DNA from: a virus | Virus genome (UHGV): UHGV-0109738 | Length of the DNA: 64,000 nucleotides | Reading direction: 5' to 3' (one strand) | In this document: piece by piece, positions 38,388 through 46,570 of the stretch | Position numbering within the stretch: the stretch's first letter is position 1 | Layout of the letters: every line of letters starts with the position of its first letter | Program-made: the position numbers and the translations under genes | Notes under the pieces: generated by a model | What the model saw: the letters and a program-made list of their open reading frames with translations, nothing else | Databases searched by the model: none | What the model was told of the DNA's origin: nothing

Positions 38388-38564
38388 TTACGGCTTTCTA
38401 TATATCAGGCCATTATCAAGCAATGTTTGCATATGCCACCGATCCATGTCGCTTAATTCCCAATAAGGAACATCATCAGGTCTTATCATCACCGATTCAC
38501 CTCTAACCAAATAGGCGATGTTAAATACCTTATGTAAATAGATGCCATCTTCGATCTCGTTCAT
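38388..38564 (-). CDS. small hypothetical protein (58 aa), paralog of 38561-38740
   Basis: Manual translation; N-terminus MNEIEDGIY; start overlaps upstream stop (ATGA). Confidence 0.4.
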   Translation of the reverse strand: MNEIEDGIYLHKVFNIAYLVRGESVMIRPDDVPYWELSDMDRWHMQTLLDNGLIYRKP

Positions 38565-38740
38565 AGGTCGCTAACCTTAAACAGTATGCCTTTATCAACG
38601 CCACGCTTAATGTCTTCCCTTGTTGTTTTGAAGAACGGCTCATATTCCCCACCATCGAAGCTGATTGTTACAGTATCGCCGCCCACTATGTAAAAAACGT
38701 TCTCCATCAGGTTTACACCATAGATACCGTCTTCAATCAT
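38561..38740 (-). CDS. small hypothetical protein (59 aa), paralog of 38388-38564
   Basis: Manual translation; N-terminus MIEDGIYGV; ATGA overlaps at both ends. Confidence 0.4.
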   Translation of the reverse strand: MIEDGIYGVNLMENVFYIVGGDTVTISFDGGEYEPFFKTTREDIKRGVDKGILFKVSDL

Positions 38741-38931
38741 TTCTTGCGCTCCTTAATAGCTCGCTTGATCTGCACTACCGTAGCATCGAAGAAAGCGAGA
38801 AACATCACTACAGGCCATAAAGGAATCTCAAGGCCACCACGATCGAGATCGTTATATTTGATGAAACAAGACATCAGGATAGCGCCAGCGATATAAAGGA
38901 GAAATACAGCAAAGATAAGACATTCAATCAT
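38737..38931 (-). CDS. small membrane protein (64 aa)
   Basis: ORF track; hydrophobic N-terminal half. Confidence 0.45.
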   Translation of the reverse strand: MIECLIFAVFLLYIAGAILMSCFIKYNDLDRGGLEIPLWPVVMFLAFFDATVVQIKRAIKERKK

Positions 38932-39064
38932 CCTCTTTCTCCCCGCCTAAATGTTGATATATTTTTTCAGCATTTTCCCCGCGCTCAAAACAATAATGCT
39001 CAAACATGCGCCAGTGTTCACTAAGAAACATAACAATAAACTTGTTTACGTATTCGTCATCCAT
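38924..39064 (-). CDS. small hypothetical protein (46 aa)
   Basis: Manual translation; start 3 nt after upstream stop. Confidence 0.35.
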   Translation of the reverse strand: MDDEYVNKFIVMFLSEHWRMFEHYCFERGENAEKIYQHLGGEKEDD

Positions 39065-39066
39065 CG

Positions 39067-39378
39067 TTAATCATCCTCTTCATCGTCTTCTTGTTCAGCT
39101 AGGAAATCATCGACAGAACAGTAAGTAACTGGCGGGATATATTCGAAGTCATCCGTATCAAGATCGAGCGTCCTGCTGTCGCCGTCGTCGTCAATCGTAT
39201 TCATTCCTAACTCACCGAAAGGGCCGTACCCAATGTGGCCCAGGTATTCGCAACCAATCGCAAACCCAGGGTATTCGCCTTTACACCGGATTTTGTAAAG
39301 TTTATTTGATGCGCTCAATTTCCGACCCTCCACTTTCTGCTTCAGTGATTTTGTATTCTGCCGCCAGTTCAGCGCCAA
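39067..39378 (-). CDS. hypothetical acidic protein (start uncertain)
   Basis: ORF track; acidic C-terminal tail EQEDDEEDD; N-terminal region ambiguous between frames. Confidence 0.3.
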   Translation of the reverse strand: MALNWRQNTKSLKQKVEGRKLSASNKLYKIRCKGEYPGFAIGCEYLGHIGYGPFGELGMNTIDDDGDSRTLDLDTDDFEYIPPVTYCSVDDFLAEQEDDEEDD

Positions 39379-39628
39379 GCAATTCCACTTCCATATTAGC
39401 GATACCCTGGAACATCAGATAGGCAAAAACTAGGCTTTTAATTCTATCCGGGTCTTCAAGATGGTCTGCATTAAAAGGCGGTTCCGATACGTGGAAGCAT
39501 TTAACATGCGCATCGTCTTCAGTGGCTACACGGAAACATGCGCCAGGTTACCCGGCGAATTCCCCCAATCTTTCTTCGTTCGGTAAAGTACCACGGAAAA
39601 CTTTAACGCTGATAAATTTAGTCATTGT

Positions 39629-39910
39629 TTATTCTCCTTCGTAAAGAGTTGCCACCAGTTCGGCATCTGTTAGCGTGTTATAATCTGTATAAAACCCGCA
39701 ACGCATAAGTGAAGAAAGGCCAGCCACTTTGCACCACATAGGGGTCGATTCGCTCAAATATTCATTCTCCCTTTTTTCGCTGTATTCCAGTTCATAAAAC
39801 CGACTATTGTTAACACCCTCAATTACACGGCTGTATGTGCCATCAAGCCTACTAACTCCGCGCCATAGTCTGATCACAACCATAATTTCTACTCCGTTTG
39901 ATGGGGCCAT
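39629..39910 (-). CDS. hypothetical protein (93 aa)
   Basis: ORF track; start lies within a GGGGCC/GGCCCC hairpin. Confidence 0.4.
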   Translation of the reverse strand: MAPSNGVEIMVVIRLWRGVSRLDGTYSRVIEGVNNSRFYELEYSEKRENEYLSESTPMWCKVAGLSSLMRCGFYTDYNTLTDAELVATLYEGE

Positions 39911-39922
39911 TCGGCCCCGTGT

Positions 39923-40063
39923 TTATTCTTCTTCTCCTCCTCTAAATCCTAAGCACTCCGCGTATTCGTCAATGCTTAATGCTTCTTCACCTGGTGCCAA
40001 TACTTCAAAGTAGCGGGCGTATAGTTCGAAAACCCAGGCCGGATATTTAGCGTTAGCGTTCAT
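39923..40063 (-). CDS. small hypothetical protein (46 aa)
   Basis: Manual translation; AAGGGG SD. Confidence 0.35.
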   Translation of the reverse strand: MNANAKYPAWVFELYARYFEVLAPGEEALSIDEYAECLGFRGGEEE

Positions 40064-40072
40064 GGTTCCCCC

Positions 40073-40351
40073 TTATGCCATGCGTGCAAATTCAAGTGAT
40101 TTGCATTCGTAGTCTTCCTCTGCCTGTTCGATGACTGCCATCATCATTTCGTTTGCGTTGTTGAATGCGTTGCTTTGTGCGAACTTGTCGGCTCCACCTT
40201 CTTCTTCGAACTCCGCGTTGTTTGCTGCAATGTAGTGATATTCGATGTTGTTCAGGTAAGGGCTTGCAGCGTGTGCTGGGTCTTCTTTCTCCACCATCTC
40301 CCAAAATGCGTTTAAGCGAGATTCGACTTCTTTGTTAATCCAGCGTTTCAT
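40073..40351 (-). CDS. hypothetical acidic protein (92 aa)
   Basis: ORF track. Confidence 0.45.
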   Translation of the reverse strand: MKRWINKEVESRLNAFWEMVEKEDPAHAASPYLNNIEYHYIAANNAEFEEEGGADKFAQSNAFNNANEMMMAVIEQAEEDYECKSLEFARMA

Positions 40352-40429
40352 TTTTCTACCCTCCGCATCGTTCTCTCTTCAGCTTCTTTATAACAAAATG
40401 GCACTGCCGAAACAATGCCATTTCGTAAA

Positions 40430-40451
40430 CCTTGTGATACAGATCACATTT
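40430..40451. promoter_or_regulatory. perfect CRP-consensus site TGTGA-N6-TCACA
   Basis: ccttgTGTGAtacagaTCACAttt in the only sizeable intergenic gap (40352-40449) of the late small-gene block; adjacent 8-bp inverted repeat aaatggca/tgccattt. Confidence 0.45.
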
Positions 40452-40674
40452 ACGTTTCTTCCGTAAAAGTAACCTTCATCGCCCCATCCGAACTACGGAC
40501 AACATAACGACCAATACCGCCTAGCGGCCCTGCATACCATAAGTGACCGTAAGTGTCAGTTACGACGATAAACGGAAATTTAGGAGACAATCCCATCGGT
40601 TTTTCAGCCGTATACTGTGCGCCTTCTTCAAAACAGCCTAATTTCGATTCGTTACACGTTAAAATCATTTTCAT
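40450..40674 (-). CDS. small protein, paralog family A member 1 (74 aa)
   Basis: Shares F-x-x-G-x-x-Y ... TD-x-x-G-x-LW pattern with three adjacent genes. Confidence 0.5.
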   Translation of the reverse strand: MKMILTCNESKLGCFEEGAQYTAEKPMGLSPKFPFIVVTDTYGHLWYAGPLGGIGRYVVRSSDGAMKVTFTEET

Positions 40675-40910
40675 ACCCCTACATACGAAAACGCAGCAAA
40701 AGCACCACCACCAGCACGCGCATAAACAAGTGCCGTGCCATACCCCATCTTATAAAATCGCCATAACTGACCCTGGTCGTCAGTAATGGCATGAATATAT
40801 TCCTGATCCTTTGCGTCAACCAATGCCGCGTCAACCTCGTAGATCTTGCCATTCTTAAAAAACGCGCTGCATCGTGAGTATGTGCACTGGTATCTATGTT
40901 TCCGATTCAT
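40671..40910 (-). CDS. small protein, paralog family A member 2 (79 aa)
   Basis: FFKNGKIYEV..ITDDQGQLWRFY; ATGA overlap with member 1. Confidence 0.5.
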   Translation of the reverse strand: MNRKHRYQCTYSRCSAFFKNGKIYEVDAALVDAKDQEYIHAITDDQGQLWRFYKMGYGTALVYARAGGGAFAAFSYVGV

Positions 40911-40920
40911 AGCACCTCAC

Positions 40921-41178
40921 TTATTCCGGTTTACTGCCTTCGCGGGCGCAAAACTCCGCGATCTCACGGAAATCATGCACTATGCGATAAATATACAAAC
41001 CAGCGGCGTTATTGATATGGCTAACATAAGCGAAATAAACTTTATCATCATCGCCAGTTATCGCCATTGCACCATCACCGCCCGGTGCGCCGTGGAGTTG
41101 AACGCCGCAATAGATCTTCCCTTCTTCAAAAATATTGCGGTCGCGCGTCTGCAATACCTCAAAATATAAATGTTTCAT
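40921..41178 (-). CDS. small protein, paralog family A member 3 (85 aa)
   Basis: FEEGKIYCGV..ITGDDDKVYFAY; AAGGGG SD. Confidence 0.5.
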   Translation of the reverse strand: MKHLYFEVLQTRDRNIFEEGKIYCGVQLHGAPGGDGAMAITGDDDKVYFAYVSHINNAAGLYIYRIVHDFREIAEFCAREGSKPE

Positions 41179-41188
41179 TGTTGCCCCT

Positions 41189-41401
41189 TTAATAACGTTC
41201 AAAGCTGGCAGCAAAACCTACACCGGATATTTCACCGCCTTCATAGCTCGGCCTGAATACCCATATTTCGTCATGATTATCAATCAAGGCAAGGCAATTA
41301 CTCATTGTGTGTGCTTCATTGCCATAAACGATGTGAACGTCATAAATACTCCCAATCGTGAAAACACTGTCATTGCTTGAGTATGAGCATTTAACTTGCA
41401 T
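41189..41401 (-). CDS. small protein, paralog family A member 4 (70 aa)
   Basis: FTIGSIYDVH..LIDNHDEIWVF. Confidence 0.5.
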   Translation of the reverse strand: MQVKCSYSSNDSVFTIGSIYDVHIVYGNEAHTMSNCLALIDNHDEIWVFRPSYEGGEISGVGFAASFERY

Positions 41402-41646
41402 CAGAAAACCCCTTTATAATCGACCGTGTATTTTGCTATCAGATTCCAGTCGCAGTAATTAAGCATGTTGCGAGGCTGCCAGCCTTTCATCCCGACCGCC
41501 CGCCGCGCAGCGTGACGGCGATAATCATCGTTATAGTCAGCTATGCACCACGGCTGGAGAACAAACATATAATTTGCTTCATTAACCAGGATAGCCACCA
41601 GCTTTCCTGTTGCCTTGTCTTTTGCCCTGAAATAATTCACTTTCAT
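41401..41646 (-). CDS. small hypothetical protein (81 aa)
   Basis: ORF track; tightly packed co-directional. Confidence 0.45.
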   Translation of the reverse strand: MKVNYFRAKDKATGKLVAILVNEANYMFVLQPWCIADYNDDYRRHAARRAVGMKGWQPRNMLNYCDWNLIAKYTVDYKGVF

Positions 41647-41858
41647 TTTAACACCTCGTCGATCAACATTTCTTCTTCCAGGTTAGCCGGACGTTTACGA
41701 AATATCCCGGCAAAAACCAGATCTTCGAGTAGGTCTTTACGCTTAAATAACCACTCTTTCATTATCACCCCGTCGTTGCTGCGATATACGACGCCGCTTT
41801 TCAGAAAATAAAAAGTGCGGCTATTGGTCTGTAGGTAGAGATCTTCGTAAACGTCCAT
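41643..41858 (-). CDS. small hypothetical protein (71 aa)
   Basis: ORF track; 4-nt overlap. Confidence 0.45.
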   Translation of the reverse strand: MDVYEDLYLQTNSRTFYFLKSGVVYRSNDGVIMKEWLFKRKDLLEDLVFAGIFRKRPANLEEEMLIDEVLK

Positions 41859-41862
41859 ACCG

Positions 41863-42090
41863 TTAATCCTCTACAATCTCAAGCCCGCGCCCCTTGTCCC
41901 CGACGAAATCGCCCAAGCTGAACGTATACGACCACGCCGGATTGATGTAATGGTCATCAGCACCAGCGGCAATGAGATCAGCACCATTAATCATGCAAGT
42001 AATATCATCGCTATGAACGACATTAACGACCTTACCAACAACCTGTTTCAATGACTGGTATCCGTGATCGTGCAAGAATTTAACTTTCAT
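41863..42090 (-). CDS. small hypothetical protein (75 aa)
   Basis: ORF track. Confidence 0.45.
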   Translation of the reverse strand: MKVKFLHDHGYQSLKQVVGKVVNVVHSDDITCMINGADLIAAGADDHYINPAWSYTFSLGDFVGDKGRGLEIVED

Positions 42091-42320
42091 TCGTCTGCCT
42101 CCCAGTGGTCTATGCTGATTAAAAAGTCCCGGATAGCGTGTCGTTCGTCGCGCGTTGGCTTGCGCTTACGGTAAATCTTAAAGTCAAACCATTCTTTTTC
42201 TTGTTCGAAATCCAGGTTGTAAGCAAGCACCTCAATATATCCACATTCGTGATACTGGTACGCCACGCCAGCACGAACAAAAAAGCGGGTTTTATCCCGC
42301 TTGTGTTCATAGATACGCAT
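42087..42320 (-). CDS. small hypothetical protein (77 aa)
   Basis: ORF track; 4-nt overlap. Confidence 0.45.
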   Translation of the reverse strand: MRIYEHKRDKTRFFVRAGVAYQYHECGYIEVLAYNLDFEQEKEWFDFKIYRKRKPTRDERHAIRDFLISIDHWEADE

Positions 42321-42330
42321 ATTTGCCCCA

Positions 42331-42561
42331 CTATGCAGTCGTGTAACTATCTACCAGCTTTTCATCCTTCATTCTGGCAAGCTGGGAGATATTCATCGTG
42401 TAGCCTTCATCAGAGAAAAGCCACTCCGCAGCCTTGCGACGAAAAGCTATATCATCATGGTTGCGCGTCCATGTAGCGATCACCACGCGCTTTCCATCAG
42501 TGGCAAACATGGTTAATTCGTTATCAACAACGTCGATAGCCTGCCAGATTTTTAGTTCCAT
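42331..42561 (-). CDS. small hypothetical protein (76 aa)
   Basis: ORF track. Confidence 0.45.
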   Translation of the reverse strand: MELKIWQAIDVVDNELTMFATDGKRVVIATWTRNHDDIAFRRKAAEWLFSDEGYTMNISQLARMKDEKLVDSYTTA

Positions 42562-42917
42562 GATTTATCACCGTAGATCTTGAATAGTTCACACGCTTTC
42601 TGATCTTCAAATATATTCATATGCAGGTCACGCAGACGGCGCATTGTTCGGAATCGCGGTCTAAACTCCTGGCTCCGTTTAATGTATTTGCCGCCAATTG
42701 AATAAATATGCCCGTATGAATACCATCTATTCCCTACCCATATTTCATATTCTTTGCCTTCGTAATTGAATTTTATCGTTAGCTCGTCCACTTCAACTAT
42801 TGACCATTTATCAATGATGTCATTAAGCATTTCGTCCCATTCTTTCAGGAATGGATGCTGATAAAAACCGAAAAGCGTATTTGCAGCGTGGCAAAGGTAA
42901 TCAATGATTATTTGCAT
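42552..42917 (-). CDS. hypothetical protein (121 aa)
   Basis: ORF track. Confidence 0.45.
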   Translation of the reverse strand: MQIIIDYLCHAANTLFGFYQHPFLKEWDEMLNDIIDKWSIVEVDELTIKFNYEGKEYEIWVGNRWYSYGHIYSIGGKYIKRSQEFRPRFRTMRRLRDLHMNIFEDQKACELFKIYGDKSWN

Positions 42918-43137
42918 ATTTCCACCTTCTCAATATGTAGTAAATGTTATCGTAAGCTATATTATCCGCATCTTCCTGTGTTATATGTCTGGCATCAAAA
43001 AAGAAATCAGCGTCGTGCCATACATGAAAAAGAAGTCGCGCGAATTGTCTGCGGCGGCGCTTACTGCGTGATAGTTCGTTAAATTCTATTAACGCTTTAT
43101 CATATGCTCTTATCATGCGCTTACGGTTACTTTTCAT
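42901..43137 (-). CDS. small basic protein, paralog family B member 1 (78 aa)
   Basis: MKSNRKRMIRAYDKALIEF..; tandem paralog of 43142-43342. Confidence 0.5.
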   Translation of the reverse strand: MKSNRKRMIRAYDKALIEFNELSRSKRRRRQFARLLFHVWHDADFFFDARHITQEDADNIAYDNIYYILRRWKYANNH

Positions 43138-43141
43138 ATTG

Positions 43142-43342
43142 TCACCACATCATATAGTAAACGTTATCATCTGCTAATTCGTCTGCGTCTCTTTGGCAGT
43201 CGATTGTCGCATCATCTTCGTGCCATTCTTTAGCAAATAAACGCGCCCATTTACGACGCTCACGTTTATTGTGCCGCAGGTCACTAAAAACCATTAAAGC
43301 CTTGTCGTAAGCTCTTACCAGGCGTTTCATTCTACTTTTCAT
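43142..43342 (-). CDS. small basic protein, paralog family B member 2 (66 aa)
   Basis: MKSRMKRLVRAYDKALMVF.. Confidence 0.5.
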   Translation of the reverse strand: MKSRMKRLVRAYDKALMVFSDLRHNKRERRKWARLFAKEWHEDDATIDCQRDADELADDNVYYMMW

Positions 43343-43548
43343 TTTTCACCCTTCCTTAATTCCTTAATTTCAATATTGCGTAACCGGACGTCGCACGGCG
43401 TTTCAGATTTACCAGTAAGCGCCAGCGTCAGGTTTTCAGGTGTCGTGTAAAGAATTATCTCTTTACCAGTGCTAAATTTAATTTCTATGCGGATCTCGTT
43501 TTCATCACCGCACAATACGCGGCTAATTGACAGGCCAGCTTTTTTCAT
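43339..43548 (-). CDS. small hypothetical protein (69 aa)
   Basis: ORF track. Confidence 0.4.
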   Translation of the reverse strand: MKKAGLSISRVLCGDENEIRIEIKFSTGKEIILYTTPENLTLALTGKSETPCDVRLRNIEIKELRKGEK

Positions 43549-43561
43549 TGCTCAACAAACC

Positions 43562-43873
43562 TTAAAATCTGTATTGCCAGTAAATATCACACTTTATTGC
43601 GAATACCTTCACCGGATCAGGGCCGAATAGTGGATGTTGAATCAACTTGATTTCGTACCCCATGTAAGGCAATACGATAATCCGGTCTTTCTCATCATCC
43701 GATGGATAACCCCATTTAATGATTAATCTTGTGTACTCCCGCCCCTCCAGGCGTTTACGCCAGTATTCATTGTAAAGCCGGTATTCTTCCACCTTCTTTC
43801 CCGCCCGGATGGCGTGGAAGTATTCACCTTTTAAATTCAAATGTAAGTGTTTATTTGCCATCGCTATGATCAT
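43562..43873 (-). CDS. hypothetical protein (103 aa)
   Basis: ORF track. Confidence 0.45.
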   Translation of the reverse strand: MIIAMANKHLHLNLKGEYFHAIRAGKKVEEYRLYNEYWRKRLEGREYTRLIIKWGYPSDDEKDRIIVLPYMGYEIKLIQHPLFGPDPVKVFAIKCDIYWQYRF

Positions 43874-44120
43874 GTAAACAGTCGTTATAGCCTTCGATGT
43901 ATCCGGTTAATCCTGTGTTACTTACTGACCAATCAGCCGAACGGCGCTTGATGGCCTTGTCCATAGTCATCTCGTCACCTGGCCCGCCTGGCTCGATGTA
44001 TTTTCTTAAATCCCTTACTATCCACGCCCTTAATTGTTGCGTATCACTGCACACACGCGCCGTTAATGTCAGATTATTAACCAGCTTTGCGAATAGATGT
44101 TCTTTTAATTTAGGCTTCAT
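43851..44120 (-). CDS. hypothetical protein (89 aa)
   Basis: ORF track. Confidence 0.4.
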   Translation of the reverse strand: MKPKLKEHLFAKLVNNLTLTARVCSDTQQLRAWIVRDLRKYIEPGGPGDEMTMDKAIKRRSADWSVSNTGLTGYIEGYNDCLHDHSDGK

Positions 44121-44310
44121 CCTTCACCTCGCGACGATAGATTTCTACTGGCTTAACCGGAATAGCGTTAAAATCACCTTCATCCAGTGCGGCAATAAAC
44201 GTTAGCGCCAACCGTGCTTCAACACCGCTTAAATACTTGCACCATGCCTCACCGTTATAATCTTTAAAAAGAATAATCACTTTTTTCATGTTTATCTCTT
44301 GTTGTTTCAT
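44110..44310 (-). CDS. hypothetical protein (66 aa)
   Basis: ORF track; begins right at Q stop, leaving no room for a lambda-like pR' gap. Confidence 0.4.
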   Translation of the reverse strand: MKQQEINMKKVIILFKDYNGEAWCKYLSGVEARLALTFIAALDEGDFNAIPVKPVEIYRREVKDEA

Positions 44311-45032
44311 TATTCACCCCGTGTCACTCGTTTAATTTCGTTATCAGCCCGCGCCTCTTCTTTGAACAATTCAGTAATGGCGTCTTCATAGAAAGCACGG
44401 TATTTCTTCCACCACGTTGATCGGCTTACCGGAAATACAAGCTGATTAACCGCACGCCGGACAAGATCTACAGGGAAACGCGAGTACCCGCGCCCGCCGC
44501 AATGCTGGCACGTTTTGAACGCTGGCATTTCCGCTGCTTCACTGGCTGCTTTATCCGGTATCTCGCCGCGCCCTTTGCATCGTTTACAATGATTGCGAAC
44601 TTTTCCATGCCCCTTGCATTTTTTGCAAAGGTGTTTTTCTCCGTAGTCGTCAAACGTAAATTTATATCCGCCGCAATCCATACAAGTTTTTTCTGTCGCG
44701 GCACTCTGGCAGTAATCCCGAAACGCGAAAACGGCAACAAGAATAATAAGATCATTGCGTTTGTCCTCGTCCAACTCCATGACGTATTCGTAATCTTTTG
44801 CCATAGCTCTTAAACGCTCTGTAAGCAAAACTACGGCCCTGTGTTTTTCGGCTTGCGATAATTCCATCTTCCCTAAAAAAGCGCTATAACCAAGCTCTAC
44901 GCGCGATTGCGCCATACCTGCTGCGGTTAGTGCATCAGTAGTATTAAGCGAGTCTGGGGACGTGCCCCGGCTTTCATCTGACAAACGCGGTGATTTTGGG
45001 AGGTGGAATTTAAGAATAGATTCCAAATTCAT
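44310..45032 (-). CDS. Q: late antitermination protein Q (lambda type)
   Basis: N-terminus MNLESILKFHLPKSPRLSDESRGTSPDSL..AAGMAQS aligns with lambda Q; Cys-rich zinc-binding region. Confidence 0.85.
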   Translation of the reverse strand: MNLESILKFHLPKSPRLSDESRGTSPDSLNTTDALTAAGMAQSRVELGYSAFLGKMELSQAEKHRAVVLLTERLRAMAKDYEYVMELDEDKRNDLIILVAVFAFRDYCQSAATEKTCMDCGGYKFTFDDYGEKHLCKKCKGHGKVRNHCKRCKGRGEIPDKAASEAAEMPAFKTCQHCGGRGYSRFPVDLVRRAVNQLVFPVSRSTWWKKYRAFYEDAITELFKEEARADNEIKRVTRGE

Positions 45033-45214
45033 TATTTACCCCCGTAACGTGCAACCAGTCTTTTGCGATCAGATATTGATTGCACTAGCTTTCTTTCAAA
45101 CTCTTTCAATGCAAGCAATTCGCGCATATGAAAAGCCTGGATTTGTCGGACTGTAGCTAAATCATGCTCATCGCGCTGAATATCTATTTGCAGATCTTTA
45201 ACTTCGTTTTTCAT
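45032..45214 (-). CDS. hypothetical protein (60 aa)
   Basis: ORF track. Confidence 0.4.
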   Translation of the reverse strand: MKNEVKDLQIDIQRDEHDLATVRQIQAFHMRELLALKEFERKLVQSISDRKRLVARYGGK

Positions 45215-45618
45215 TGCTCACCCCACATATTAGTCGCGTATTCGTCAATATCCGGTAGTAGGTCGCCGCGTTCGCGGATCTTAATAAACAAGCGTCCGCC
45301 TTTTACCTTCCGGCAGCGGACAATTTTTATTGAGTCAATTTGTCCATCATCTTTCCAAAATCCGGCATAAGTAAGGCTGTCAAATAGGCATTTAGGGATA
45401 TTATCAAGATCCCTGGTCCGGTTATCAGGCGGCGCGGCATAAATGGCGATTGCCAGTCGGCAAGACAGGTTAATGTCTAGATTTAATAATTCGATGATGT
45501 CTTTTACTTGTTCCCGGTATTCCTTCCCCACTTCGCTGATATAGTGAAAACCCCGTGAATGTCGGTAATAGCGGTTATTCGATGGCGGGTAAGGCAGGCT
45601 AAAAGTATATTCATTCAT
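45211..45618 (-). CDS. rusA: crossover junction endodeoxyribonuclease RusA
   Basis: LPYPPSNNRYYRHSRG and RDLDNIPKCLFDSLTYAGFWKDDGQ match RusA. Confidence 0.9.
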   Translation of the reverse strand: MNEYTFSLPYPPSNNRYYRHSRGFHYISEVGKEYREQVKDIIELLNLDINLSCRLAIAIYAAPPDNRTRDLDNIPKCLFDSLTYAGFWKDDGQIDSIKIVRCRKVKGGRLFIKIRERGDLLPDIDEYATNMWGEQ

Positions 45619-46220
45619 GCTGCCTTTCTCCTTAAGGCGTCCAATTTAGCCTGATAGACTTTTATGATCTCCTTGCATTCTTCGATCGCCCATTTATGAG
45701 TTTCGTTGTTGTTCTCCAGCGCTTCCACCCTGGCAAGGCCAATTTTCCTAATCAGCGCTGGGCGATATGCTTCTATGTTGCCATCTAATGTCTGGTTGCA
45801 GTGCCTGCATTGTTTGTGGCAATTATCCTCGTTAAAACGAAGGTGCCCGGCGGCGGCAACCGTTCTATAGTGTCCGGCATCTGCTCCGCATTGTTCGTAA
45901 TAGTAAGTCCCGCATGATATGCACGGCTGACCCGCGTCACGTTCGCGGATATAGGCATTAAATACCGCTTGTGCCTGCTTCAACCAATAACTACGCGGAT
46001 TTAACTGCTTCCGCTTCCGGTTGCGTTCTTCCCGCTGGCTATCACGGCGTTTCTTCCGTTCCATAGCCTTCATAGCCTTCTCACGGTCGCGGCATAGCTG
46101 ATCAAACTTCAGCTCTTCCAGACACTCATCACTGCACCACGTTTGATTGTGATATTTAGGCTCAAAAAAAACGCCGCAGCACTTGCAACGGCGTCTTATT
46201 GGTTTTTTAGGGTTCTGCAT
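45615..46220 (-). CDS. ninG: NinG/Rap recombination protein
   Basis: Aligns with lambda NinG (RRRCKCC..; PRSYWLKQAQ; CISCGT..DAGHYRT; LRFNE.N.HKQC). Confidence 0.85.
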   Translation of the reverse strand: MQNPKKPIRRRCKCCGVFFEPKYHNQTWCSDECLEELKFDQLCRDREKAMKAMERKKRRDSQREERNRKRKQLNPRSYWLKQAQAVFNAYIRERDAGQPCISCGTYYYEQCGADAGHYRTVAAAGHLRFNEDNCHKQCRHCNQTLDGNIEAYRPALIRKIGLARVEALENNNETHKWAIEECKEIIKVYQAKLDALRRKAA

Positions 46221-46234
46221 AAAAACCACCCCTA

Positions 46235-46411
46235 TTATTTTTGATTCTCTGTTTCGTTCAGCCTTTCGGCGTGTCCGGCCCTTAGCCAATGATCTAAGCA
46301 TTCGTTGCACTCGTTACAGCCTCCTTTCTTTGTGCTGCATACATTGCACATTGCACGCATGACGCTTTCTCGTTCATAGTCGTCATGCCATTGGTAATTA
46401 TCAAAAGACAT
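46235..46411 (-). CDS. NinF-like small zinc-finger protein
   Basis: MSFDNYQWHDDYERESVMRA..C-rich; AGGGAGG SD. Confidence 0.55.
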   Translation of the reverse strand: MSFDNYQWHDDYERESVMRAMCNVCSTKKGGCNECNECLDHWLRAGHAERLNETENQK

Positions 46412-46519
46412 AATGCTCCCTCCCTTTAAGGTGATTTCTACGCATTTCAGCGCTGCCGGATTTTTAAAGAGCATTTCGTTTGCTTGAAGTATACAAAATG
46501 GATACGCCAGAACAAGGTG

Positions 46520-46561
46520 AATGGCGCCATTATGTGATCCACATCACGCAATGGCGCCATT
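46520..46561. promoter_or_regulatory. twin 12-bp perfect palindromes AATGGCGCCATT flanking a CRP-like TGTGA-N6-TCACG
   Basis: aatggcgccatt at 46520 and 46550, 30 bp apart; centre atgTGTGAtccacaTCACGc. Confidence 0.45.
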
Positions 46562-46570
46562 TTGTAAATT

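Noticed and set aside
39379-39628. Apparent gene interrupted by an in-frame stop
   Set aside because: My first manual translation suggested a TAA-interrupted ORF; recounting showed a frame error. The interval holds only a 35-codon ORF and a start-less frame, so it is left unannotated as possibly degraded.
44468-44755. 95-aa ORF inside Q in an alternative frame
   Set aside because: Entirely nested in the Q gene, which has clear homology in its own frame.
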